A stretch of DNA of 64,000 nucleotides from a virus (taxonomy: Duplodnaviria; Caudoviricetes). The DNA is taken from IMG/VR virus record IMGVR_UViG_3300017912_003441, positions 55,264 through 119,263 of that record, one strand, 5' to 3'. Position numbers and translations under genes: made by a program. This document shows, in pieces, positions 25,499 through 34,042 of the stretch; positions within the stretch are counted from its first letter, which is position 1; the number at the start of each line of letters is the position of its first letter. Below the pieces are notes generated by a model. It worked only from the letters and a program-made list of their open reading frames with translations. It ran no database searches and was not told where the DNA came from.

Positions 25499-25551
25499 AG
25501 TATACGAAGTTTAGGGTTCGATTAAGATTGTATTAAGATTCGTCAAAGATT
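25499..25551 (-). promoter_or_regulatory. TATACT -10 with 11-bp-periodic direct repeats (OmpR/PhoB-type operator candidate)
   Basis: ATTAAGATT at 25521 and 25532; degenerate copies at 25510 and 25543. Confidence 0.45.
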
Positions 25552-25556
25552 TAATA

Positions 25557-25633
25557 TGGCACTCCAGACTGGACTTGAACCAGTAACCACCTGCTTAGAA
25601 GGCAGATGCTCTATCCAATTGAGCTACTGGAGC
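25557..25633 (-). tRNA. tRNA-Arg(TCT)
   Basis: Canonical cloverleaf, loop CTTCTAA, CCA encoded. Confidence 0.95.
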
Positions 25634-25714
25634 TAAACTAAGTACATGGCTGCTAATATACAATTTGCAATGACTAATATTAATATTAGCATCCACATTG
25701 CGATCTTTTCATTT

Positions 25715-25933
25715 TTAGTCATTCTCATTAGTATATGATTGTGCTTTGACTATTCGATAGTCATGAAACTCTTTGAACTCTTCAACATATTTTGCAGCAT
25801 CTACTCTTTCGTCAAATACCGCATCTGGCTCTGTTCCATGGACATCCATCACATAATAACGATATGTGTCGTCATAAACTTGTTGCGTAGTAGTACAACC
25901 ACACAATCCTACTAGTAATAATAACTTCTTCAT
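25715..25933 (-). CDS. lipoprotein
   Basis: MKKLLLLVGLCGC lipobox. Confidence 0.75.
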   Translation of the reverse strand: MKKLLLLVGLCGCTTTQQVYDDTYRYYVMDVHGTEPDAVFDERVDAAKYVEEFKEFHDYRIVKAQSYTNEND

Positions 25934-25938
25934 TTAAA

Positions 25939-26025
25939 TGGTACCAGTGGTCGGACTCGAACCGACAAGCCCAAAAGGGCGACAGATTTTAAGTCTGTTG
26001 TGTTTGCCAATTTCACCACACTGGC
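25939..26025 (-). tRNA. tRNA-Leu(TAA)
   Basis: Long variable arm, loop CTTAAAA, CCA encoded. Confidence 0.95.
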
Positions 26026-26026
26026 T

Positions 26027-26470
26027 CTATTGTAGCTTAGTAAAGAATGGTTCATTCACATTAACCCAGATAACTTGATCCCCATTCTTCGTAATCTTAG
26101 CTGACTTCTTCTCCCATCGAATTACATTAATATGATTACGCATCTCGAGTAGATCATATGAATAAATGTTTTTGTTCTCATAATCTACAGCGTAAATACT
26201 ATCAGCACTCGATGTAAATAACCAACCCGGAGATCCATTTTTCTTACCTACTTCGACACAATGCCAACCTTTGTAAATATTGTTCTTTACATCAATGGTT
26301 CTATCTCCAACACTAGAGTCAATCTTTTTATGGACTTGACTTTCAATATCAGTTTTGTGTTCATAAGTTATACTATTATGCAGAAAATATTCTTCTACTA
26401 GCTTTTCACCTAGGTCTCCTTTACGACCACTTGCTCCGTGTCGTCCTTCTGAATTTGCGTACCAAGTCAT
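26027..26470 (-). CDS. PD-(D/E)XK nuclease-like protein
   Basis: G..GE...KID......IDVK pattern; start MTWY at 26470. Confidence 0.65.
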   Translation of the reverse strand: MTWYANSEGRHGASGRKGDLGEKLVEEYFLHNSITYEHKTDIESQVHKKIDSSVGDRTIDVKNNIYKGWHCVEVGKKNGSPGWLFTSSADSIYAVDYENKNIYSYDLLEMRNHINVIRWEKKSAKITKNGDQVIWVNVNEPFFTKLQ

Positions 26471-26616
26471 AATGTCCAAACTAACCAGTTAAGAAAAAGA
26501 ATGAACCAAATGTCATCTTTTGCTAATTCTTTAATAACGTACCATGTCATAACTCTATATTATGTGATCTAGAGAGGATGTCAACTACCAAAACCATACG
26601 AAATAGTCTTGACCGT

Positions 26617-26820
26617 CTACTTCTTCAGGGAGGATATCATATTGATAATTCGACGAAGGAGAGATGGTCGTTTTAGCTCGCCGTTTTTTCTTAGCATCTC
26701 GTTTATTCCTTGTAGCTCTTTTAGGGATGCAGACCATCTTTCATCTTTCCAAGTAATAGCTATAATCTTACAATTCGGACTTAACGCTGAGTGCGACTCG
26801 TTCGGCTTTTTCTTTTGCAT
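26617..26820 (-). CDS. hypothetical protein (start uncertain; overlaps the purT end)
   Basis: ORF track. Confidence 0.4.
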   Translation of the reverse strand: MQKKKPNESHSALSPNCKIIAITWKDERWSASLKELQGINEMLRKNGELKRPSLLRRIINMISSLKK

Positions 26821-27976
26821 ACTCTAATTTATTATCTAATGCTATAGCAACCCCCATACGTCGCGAACCTTTTACTCCAGGTTTTCCAAATAGTCTCACT
26901 TGTGTACCAATTTCTTTTAACCCTTCGAAGCCTGAGAATGTTACACTGTCACTCTCACCTTCTAACTTAATAACATGAGACGCTCCGAAACCTAGCTGTA
27001 GAATTTCTGGAACTGGTAGTCCTAATATAGCTCTAGCATGTAGAGCAAACTCTGATAGATCTTGAGAGATCATAGTCACTAACCCAGTATCATGTGGTCG
27101 TGGAGATACTTCAGAGAAATAAACTTCATCACCTTTAACGAATAACTCTACCCCGAACACCCCATAACCACCAAGATTGCTTACTACACTTCTAGAAATA
27201 TCTTGAGCTTTTTGTCTAGCATCCCCAGACATTGGATGAGGTTGCCAGGATTTGATATAGTCTCCATCTACTTGCTCATGTCCGATAGGTTCACAAAAAG
27301 AAATACCATCGCTATGCTTTACTGTGAGTAAAGTAATTTCATAATCGAATTCGATAAACTCTTCTACAATAACTCGACCAGCTCCAGCTCTACCTCCAGT
27401 TTGAGCGTAGTCCCAAGCAGTATGTACATCATCAAACGATCTAACTACACTCTGTCCTTTACCGCTAGAAGACATAATTGGCTTAACTACACAAGGTAAG
27501 AAGTGGTCGTCTACAGAAGACCGTAAAGAAATTTCATTAACAGCAGTAACAAACTCTTCTTTAGTAGAAGCGAATTTATAATTAGAAGTCTTTAATCCTA
27601 GCTCTTCAGCTACAAGAGTCCGAATACCTTCTCGGTTCATAGTAAGTTGAACTGCTCTAGCATTTGGTATGACTGTACGATCACATTCTTCTGCTTCTTT
27701 GAGGACATTTGTAGCAATAGCTTCAATTTCAGGAACAATAATATTAGGGTTGTATTTAACGATCACATCCCTCAATTGTTTTTCATCAAGCATATCAATA
27801 ACAGCTGAATGATCTGCTACTTGATGCGCTGGAGCATTCTCATATGAGTCCACTGCAACTACTTCAGCGCCTAAACGCTGTAATTCAATTACAACTTCTT
27901 TACCTAACTCTCCACTTCCGCATAGCATTACTAAAGTAGAAGTCTTCGTAAACGGGGTACCTATTTTTGTTTCCAT
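26768..27976 (-). CDS. purT: formate-dependent phosphoribosylglycinamide formyltransferase
   Basis: [44 protein letters not shown]; start METKIGTP. Confidence 0.95.
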   Translation of the reverse strand: METKIGTPFTKTSTLVMLCGSGELGKEVVIELQRLGAEVVAVDSYENAPAHQVADHSAVIDMLDEKQLRDVIVKYNPNIIVPEIEAIATNVLKEAEECDRTVIPNARAVQLTMNREGIRTLVAEELGLKTSNYKFASTKEEFVTAVNEISLRSSVDDHFLPCVVKPIMSSSGKGQSVVRSFDDVHTAWDYAQTGGRAGAGRVIVEEFIEFDYEITLLTVKHSDGISFCEPIGHEQVDGDYIKSWQPHPMSGDARQKAQDISRSVVSNLGGYGVFGVELFVKGDEVYFSEVSPRPHDTGLVTMISQDLSEFALHARAILGLPVPEILQLGFGASHVIKLEGESDSVTFSGFEGLKEIGTQVRLFGKPGVKGSRRMGVAIALDNKLEYAKEKAERVALSVKSEL

Positions 27977-27977
27977 T

Positions 27978-28406
27978 TTAAAATTTTGCGGCGATTGCGC
28001 GATGTTTTGCTGTGATTCCTCCATCTCGATCTACATTAATTCCATAAGCTGTTTTAAGAGCTCGTTTATTACCAGCTGCACCAGGTGGTTTGATATCGTT
28101 TACCACAACCCTAGGGCCTGCGCCCAACTCGAATATCCATTGATCAAACGGCATACCAATATATTCTAATACATTTAATGTATGGTCGATGTGTCTTTTT
28201 TCACGAGCGGTCGCAATGACGATAATATCAGTTTCAGGTAAGTCTTGAAAAAACTCTACTGCGCTAATAATAGGCTGTTCATATTTAAAACTATCATCCC
28301 CATACTCCTCGATAAGTTTATCCAAGCTATCATTTGTGTGATGATGTAAGATTGTTCCATCTACATCTACGAACCATGTTTTATTTAACGTTTCCATATT
28401 AATCAA
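27978..28406 (-). CDS. HAD-superfamily phosphatase
   Basis: FVDVDGT, TAR, VVND motifs. Confidence 0.8.
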   Translation of the reverse strand: MINMETLNKTWFVDVDGTILHHHTNDSLDKLIEEYGDDSFKYEQPIISAVEFFQDLPETDIIVIATAREKRHIDHTLNVLEYIGMPFDQWIFELGAGPRVVVNDIKPPGAAGNKRALKTAYGINVDRDGGITAKHRAIAAKF

Positions 28407-28635
28407 TTACATCTGCTTCATCAAGTTGAATTAGGGCTAACAAATCTAGGATTCTATCCATACCATTTTCATTAAACTCTTCTAATGGAGTCTTATTTAA
28501 GAAGTTGTGATGCGTAGTCATCCAATCGCTAACGTATTGATCTTCTATCAGACACGTTTCGCAAATTTCATTTATTAGATTTACAAATGGGATGAGTTGT
28601 TCTTTATCTTTTATTAGAATAGATTCTACGTACAT
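28399..28635 (-). CDS. hypothetical protein (MbcA/ParS/Xre-antitoxin C-terminal-like)
   Basis: WMTT....LN.TPLE.....G...IL pattern. Confidence 0.55.
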   Translation of the reverse strand: MYVESILIKDKEQLIPFVNLINEICETCLIEDQYVSDWMTTHHNFLNKTPLEEFNENGMDRILDLLALIQLDEADVID

Positions 28636-28868
28636 TATTCGTCAGCGCATTGATATAGATCATCCCCGTTCTCATTCTTACCAACGATTTTAAGCAAACC
28701 TTCGGCAACCATTTCGTCTAGCAATTCTTGCATTGCTTTCATTTCTAGTGCTTTTTTCATACCTTCTGGATCATCTGAGTCATAATCAACATTTTTAAGA
28801 ATTGTGTCTGCATTATCAGAAACATAATTTAACATATCATCAAGTGACTCGAATTCATTCATACGCAT
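28635..28868 (-). CDS. hypothetical protein
   Basis: ORF track. Confidence 0.65.
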   Translation of the reverse strand: MRMNEFESLDDMLNYVSDNADTILKNVDYDSDDPEGMKKALEMKAMQELLDEMVAEGLLKIVGKNENGDDLYQCADE

Positions 28869-28900
28869 ATAATAATTTATCTGCAGAGGTATGCAAGAAC

Positions 28901-29059
28901 TTAGGTAAGGCTTATCTGGACAGTGTATCCATCATCATCTAACCGGACATCGATGTCGTAATATTCGTCTCTAATACAGTCGCCAACTACTTCAACATCT
29001 TGTTCTAGCTGGTCCTCATCTAATGCTTGAAGTTTCTCTAAAAGATCAAGGTAGGTCAT
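28901..29059 (-). CDS. small acidic protein (52 aa, not in ORF track)
   Basis: MTYLDLLEKLQALDEDQLEQDVEV... Confidence 0.65.
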   Translation of the reverse strand: MTYLDLLEKLQALDEDQLEQDVEVVGDCIRDEYYDIDVRLDDDGYTVQISLT

Positions 29060-29085
29060 ATAATATTCTTATTGATAAAGTTAGG

Positions 29086-29601
29086 TTATAATTTCAACAC
29101 TTTATCGGAGACTATTTTCTTCTTTTTATTCTTATGATAGATATAAAGTATAAAACCAACTAACCCTAATATAAAAATTGCTTGAACATATGCAACAGAA
29201 GCTACAAAATTATTTTTAAGCTCAACAATCTCAACTTGCTCCTCTGTCATAGGCATAAGTTTAGTTTCATCTACAATAATAGGTAGCTCAGTTATTTCCT
29301 GAGTCTCTCTAACTCTCCTTTTCGGAAGTTTTATAGGTGGTACAACTTTAGGTTTATTCGCTGTAATGGTTTTAGGCTTAGTTGTTGTTGCTGACTTAAC
29401 AGGAGGGTCTTTTTTGAATACCTTCTTTATTTTATCAGCAACGGTATCAACCTTTTCACCTATATCCTTGTCTGTGCCCTGATCTTTTACAACATAATAA
29501 TGTTTATACTCATCGTGAGAGATTACCTTACCTTGATTAATATCACTAGACTTACAGCCACATAGCAATATTAATGACAGAATGAACAACCTGAAGGACA
29601 T
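29086..29601 (-). CDS. lipoprotein with C-terminal TM helix (unimolecular-spanin-like topology)
   Basis: LLCGC lipobox plus C-terminal TM and basic tail. Confidence 0.6.
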   Translation of the reverse strand: MSFRLFILSLILLCGCKSSDINQGKVISHDEYKHYYVVKDQGTDKDIGEKVDTVADKIKKVFKKDPPVKSATTTKPKTITANKPKVVPPIKLPKRRVRETQEITELPIIVDETKLMPMTEEQVEIVELKNNFVASVAYVQAIFILGLVGFILYIYHKNKKKKIVSDKVLKL

Positions 29602-29831
29602 TATAATGATTTAAATGCTGTGTTAATATTATCAACCATTTTTTTATAATCTGGTTTAAACTTCTCGTTTATAATATTGTAATAGTTTTGTAGAATTTCT
29701 TTAAAAACATTTCTTCTGAAATATTGCAAGTCTGTATAATCATACTCTTTGCCTGTATGGTGATTAACACAAGCTAAGAGCATAACCTTTTCCTCATCAG
29801 ATAAAGAGTTGAGTATGTCGGAGTGAATCAT
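29601..29831 (-). CDS. hypothetical protein
   Basis: ORF track. Confidence 0.6.
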   Translation of the reverse strand: MIHSDILNSLSDEEKVMLLACVNHHTGKEYDYTDLQYFRRNVFKEILQNYYNIINEKFKPDYKKMVDNINTAFKSL

Positions 29832-29853
29832 TAAATAAGTTTAGTATCAGCCG

Positions 29854-30246
29854 ATGATAATTCAAGCCACAATTAAGTTTGAAGTTTATGTCGAATTACA
29901 TGACCAGACATTTGAATCAAAATTGATAGAAATAATGGGTGGGAAGGAACAAGGAGAGCTAAAAGGAGATATTGAGAGAATTGACGGTCAAAAAATATTT
30001 ACAATTACTAACTCTGATGTTCATGGAAAGCTGCATGGGTTGAATCTTGGCTTTCAATTTTATACTGCTACAATATCAAAATGCTTAGATCTTGGCGCGA
30101 CTGAATTTAGATCTTCTCACTTACTTAACGAAAACAGTACTGCTGTATGGAAAAAAATCGAACGATTATATTATAATTGTTCTTTCGTTAATAAAACAAA
30201 AAAAGATACATATTATTGTGTAAAGCGCGATAAAGAGTTATTGTGA
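29854..30246 (+). CDS. GNAT-like protein
   Basis: SDVH..LHG..LG...Y...S.AVWKKI pattern. Confidence 0.55.
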   Translation: MIIQATIKFEVYVELHDQTFESKLIEIMGGKEQGELKGDIERIDGQKIFTITNSDVHGKLHGLNLGFQFYTATISKCLDLGATEFRSSHLLNENSTAVWKKIERLYYNCSFVNKTKKDTYYCVKRDKELL

Positions 30247-31232
30247 AGCAATTTAATTTTCTAAGGAAAAAAACTTTCAGAGAAGAGATTCATCGAGCAG
30301 GGTGGAACTGGGTTAATGCCTGTATGGTAAAACGCTTTCACAACGATACAGCAGACATACTCATAGATGAATTTATAGAAAGAACATTCGATTGGGATTA
30401 TTGCTTTAACAACGATAAGCCTCAAGTACTTCCTCATCACAAAAAAGATTGGATTGGTTTTATACACAACCCAATGATTATACCTAAACCGTTTGATATA
30501 AAACAGACCCCTATAAACATGTGCGCTAGATTACCGTTTGTATTAGCTATGCGTAACTGTAAAGGTATATTTACTTTATCAGACGATTTAGAAGAACATG
30601 TAAGATATATTTTTACCCAATACGGATTCGATCATATTTTGGTTGAAACATTATTACACCCAACACCGTTAGATGTAGAAGAGTTTAATTTAAATGCATT
30701 CTTAGAGAAACCTCAAGTTACTTGTTTAGGTTACTGGTTGAGAGACTTTGAAAAGTATTGGCTGTTAAACACTCAAATGCCTAAAAATGTCTTATTAGGT
30801 AGATTACCTTATGCGCATCAAATATATGATGAGCAGATGAAAGAGTTTAAACGTAAGCAAGAGTATACTGGGGAACAAATTAAAGGTAACGTTATAGTAC
30901 ATAAGCATTTAGAGAATAAAGAGTTTGATAAGTTCATGACTGATACAATTGGTTTTTTATATCTAATAGACACAAGCGCTAATAACGGTGTTACTGATTG
31001 TATATCGAGAAACATTCCTCTTCTAGTTAATTGTCACCCAGCTGTAGTACAATACCTAGGTGAAGATTATCCCTTCTATTATAACTCGCTAGAGACTGCT
31101 AATAAAAAGATAAATGATATTGAGCTAATAAAAGAAACTCATCTGTATCTTAAAAATATGGATAAGTCTAGACTAGATATCAAAACATTTATGACTGAGT
31201 TTGAAGCGAGTGAAATTTATCAAGAAGCATAA
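30243..31232 (+). CDS. putative GT-B glycosyltransferase
   Basis: HRAGW, WIGFIHNP, LLHPT, DTSANN, PLLVNCHPAVVQYLG. Confidence 0.6.
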   Translation: MKQFNFLRKKTFREEIHRAGWNWVNACMVKRFHNDTADILIDEFIERTFDWDYCFNNDKPQVLPHHKKDWIGFIHNPMIIPKPFDIKQTPINMCARLPFVLAMRNCKGIFTLSDDLEEHVRYIFTQYGFDHILVETLLHPTPLDVEEFNLNAFLEKPQVTCLGYWLRDFEKYWLLNTQMPKNVLLGRLPYAHQIYDEQMKEFKRKQEYTGEQIKGNVIVHKHLENKEFDKFMTDTIGFLYLIDTSANNGVTDCISRNIPLLVNCHPAVVQYLGEDYPFYYNSLETANKKINDIELIKETHLYLKNMDKSRLDIKTFMTEFEASEIYQEA

Positions 31233-31259
31233 AAAAAAAGACTCCTTTCGGAGTCTTTT
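31231..31259. terminator. bidirectional terminator
   Basis: AAAAGACTCC-TTTC-GGAGTCTTTT. Confidence 0.85.
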
Positions 31260-31280
31260 GTTTATTATGTTTAATCTATG

Positions 31281-31514
31281 TTAAACTTGTTCAGCGGGTT
31301 GTGCGAGTCCAATTGCTGTTCCTACTGCCGCTCTAGCTTGCTCTAATTGAACATGCTCCATATATGTGAACGGCTGTGATCTTACAGCGCTTGTAAGAAA
31401 CCCAAATGCTTGCTCAGTACTGAGCTCATCTAGATTAATCTCTTGCCCACCTTCTTGCTGAGGTTGTGCTTGGGCTCCAGCGGGTGCTTCGGTACCTTGA
31501 CTAATGTTCGCCAT
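31281..31514 (-). CDS. small late protein (paralog of 31516..31761)
   Basis: Start MANISQG; QA...L......Y.EH..LE motif. Confidence 0.7.
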   Translation of the reverse strand: MANISQGTEAPAGAQAQPQQEGGQEINLDELSTEQAFGFLTSAVRSQPFTYMEHVQLEQARAAVGTAIGLAQPAEQV

Positions 31515-31515
31515 A

Positions 31516-31761
31516 TTACTTCTTCCTCCTTCCGCCACGACGAGGGGTTTTAGCCTTCGCCTTCGTTGGTGTAGGGGCTTCATCTTCTAGTACAACAGGT
31601 TCATCTGTGTCTAGAAGCTCTGCAGGTTCTTGACCACCACCACTTTGTAGTGCGTCTTTAAGAACATCTACAGATCTTTCAAGTAAGACGTGTTCATTGT
31701 AAGGTAGCTTAATACCTTTTACAACCTGATTTAACATATCTAATGCTTGTATCGGATCCAT
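31516..31761 (-). CDS. small late protein
   Basis: QALDML...LPYNEHVLLE; TATAAATA upstream. Confidence 0.7.
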   Translation of the reverse strand: MDPIQALDMLNQVVKGIKLPYNEHVLLERSVDVLKDALQSGGGQEPAELLDTDEPVVLEDEAPTPTKAKAKTPRRGGRRKK

Positions 31762-31816
31762 AACGAAAATTATTTATACCACGGTGGAATTTAGTCAACT
31801 TTGATTAAATACTTAC

Positions 31817-32101
31817 ATGCCAGAAGGTGAACCAACAGCAAATTCGACGGAAGCGCAGGCAGCAGTTACTGCCGCGTTAGATTCTGTTACAGTTATTGAC
31901 AATATCATAGATAATACAGAGGCAGTAGCAGGACAAACTACAGCTGAAAAAGCTGATGATGCAGACAGAAACTATCGACACATCGAACTTATGATGGATA
32001 AAGATTGGTTTACTGAAACTGCTACAACAGCTCAGAAGAGTAAGTTCAATACCGCTATTACAGAGGGTAGGACTTATTATCAGTCTAACAGCGCTGCTTA
32101 A
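31817..32101 (+). CDS. fibre-associated small protein (possible chaperone)
   Basis: DSVTVI...DRNYRHIELM..KDW; TAAATA upstream. Confidence 0.65.
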   Translation: MPEGEPTANSTEAQAAVTAALDSVTVIDNIIDNTEAVAGQTTAEKADDADRNYRHIELMMDKDWFTETATTAQKSKFNTAITEGRTYYQSNSAA

Positions 32102-32916
32102 TAATTAAAATACTTGAAATAAAACTCTCCGACCTCTTTTATATGGTCGCAAGTTTTAACACCAAGAACGTCGATATAATCCTGTGGTAATTCGCTTACT
32201 ACAGGATTAATTTTATGATCACCGTATATTCCGTATACGGTGTCATCTTCTTTTGTAGTCTGTTCTACTTTATTGAAGTTGTGTCCAGTATAAGAGTCAA
32301 GTTCTAGATAGTCATATATCCTATCCATTTCTTCATCTGGATACTTTGTGAAGTCTTCGAATTTTACAAACAACATATGCTTATCCCATCCGCGTTTAAT
32401 TATCTCACCGAAACGCTCTAATGCTAAGCCTACAGGCTGTGTTTGTAACCATACAGATGCTCTTTTCTCAACGGTTGTGCCCGACATTTCTGACCAATTA
32501 ACTATAGGGTCATGGTCGAGAGGGTTCTCTCTAAATTTCTTTTCCATAGAGGCGATTATCTGTCTAAGATCTCTAACCATACAAATGATCTTAGGTTCAT
32601 ACTCTAAGAATGCATCTAAGAAGTCATAATGTATACCCCAGCCTCTACTCTTATCTACTACATAGGGCTTATCAGTAATATTATCGTACCACCCATGTAT
32701 ACCTTCATTAAGAAAACCAATAAGACCATCCTCCATAGTTTTAGAATCTTGAGCTTGAAACTCATTAGATTCGTTAAACATATGTCGAGCAGCAAAGGTT
32801 AGCTCTAATACACCTGAGGTAGGTGTAGCATATATGTCGGGATTTTGAGCAAGTACATTTTGTAATAATGTACTACCTGCCCTCGGCATAGAGGACTGAA
32901 AAAAGATTGTTGACAT
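32098..32916 (-). CDS. PAPS-dependent sulfotransferase
   Basis: PRAGSTLLQNVL (5'-PSB) and MVRD..QIIAS (3'-PB). Confidence 0.88.
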   Translation of the reverse strand: MSTIFFQSSMPRAGSTLLQNVLAQNPDIYATPTSGVLELTFAARHMFNESNEFQAQDSKTMEDGLIGFLNEGIHGWYDNITDKPYVVDKSRGWGIHYDFLDAFLEYEPKIICMVRDLRQIIASMEKKFRENPLDHDPIVNWSEMSGTTVEKRASVWLQTQPVGLALERFGEIIKRGWDKHMLFVKFEDFTKYPDEEMDRIYDYLELDSYTGHNFNKVEQTTKEDDTVYGIYGDHKINPVVSELPQDYIDVLGVKTCDHIKEVGEFYFKYFNY

Positions 32917-33983
32917 TACTTTCTACGCTTCTTAGGTTTTTGTCTATTAGTACGTTTACCTGGTGCTGGAGGGAATGGGTTATTCATTTGAGCTAGCACA
33001 GGCTCAGGAGGTAATGGTTTAGCAGTATCAAATAAGTTCTTCTCTTGCTTGTTACTTACTCTCACCCCTGCAGGTGGTTCGTAAAATTCTTTCTCTTCTA
33101 ACTCTTCGAGACTGTCTAAGATTGGTTGTGATTCAAATATATTATCATTATCAAATGGGCACTCATGTAAGAACTCTCCATTGATCGGATGAGCACCTAA
33201 GTAACTATCAATCAAATGTACTTTACGAGTATCAGCATTAGATACAATATTGTTATGGAAATCAGGATAACCTAATGTCTTAACGTTATCAATAGGCCAT
33301 AATACAGTAGATGGTCTATCTAATGCTACCGCTGCATGCTGACCAAAACTATCAATTAATAATCTGTTATGAGAATATTCTATAAGAGCAAATAAGTCTC
33401 TTACATTAGGAGTTTCAATATAATCAATACCTTTAATCTCTAACTGATCTTTCCTTCTAATATGAATAATCTTATACTCTTTATTAACTTCATTTAGTAC
33501 TTCTTTAAGATTAGATAGAGGTACATCTCTTACCCATGATACTGGATAGTCTTGTGGTCCACCTCCGTTAGTTTGTAGAGCAAAAATAGGCTTACCAAAA
33601 CCACGAAGTTTTCTATCCATATTATCTTTCTCATTCTTAGATAGAACTATTGTGGGCATTTCTCCGTTGTATGGTACGCCTAGTTGCTCGCACCAAATAT
33701 CTGCAAGGTATCTCTTACCGTTTAAAAAGTCATGATGATGGTATGGTTCGGATTTAAAGATCCAAGTATCTTTACCTTTAATAAAATCTTCAAAGAAGTA
33801 TGGTGTTGCACCCAGCATATAAAAACGTTCAATATGAGGATTATTTACCCATACTGCTGCCCATGCAGCTACTACGATTAATTTTCTATCAGGATGTGCT
33901 TTTGATATAGCTTCAGCAACTGCCGTAGCCATAATGTTCTTACCGATACCGCCTTCTACGTGAAAGATAATATGTTTGTCCAC
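32916..33983 (-). CDS. GT9 (heptosyltransferase-like) glycosyltransferase
   Basis: GGIGKNIMAT...NNPHI; IDSFGQHAAVALDRPSTVLW. Confidence 0.82.
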   Translation of the reverse strand: MDKHIIFHVEGGIGKNIMATAVAEAISKAHPDRKLIVVAAWAAVWVNNPHIERFYMLGATPYFFEDFIKGKDTWIFKSEPYHHHDFLNGKRYLADIWCEQLGVPYNGEMPTIVLSKNEKDNMDRKLRGFGKPIFALQTNGGGPQDYPVSWVRDVPLSNLKEVLNEVNKEYKIIHIRRKDQLEIKGIDYIETPNVRDLFALIEYSHNRLLIDSFGQHAAVALDRPSTVLWPIDNVKTLGYPDFHNNIVSNADTRKVHLIDSYLGAHPINGEFLHECPFDNDNIFESQPILDSLEELEEKEFYEPPAGVRVSNKQEKNLFDTAKPLPPEPVLAQMNNPFPPAPGKRTNRQKPKKRRK

Positions 33984-34042
33984 GTAAAAATTTATCTACA
34001 TACAATTAAAACTCCAGTGTGTATGTTTTATCAAAGTTCAAC

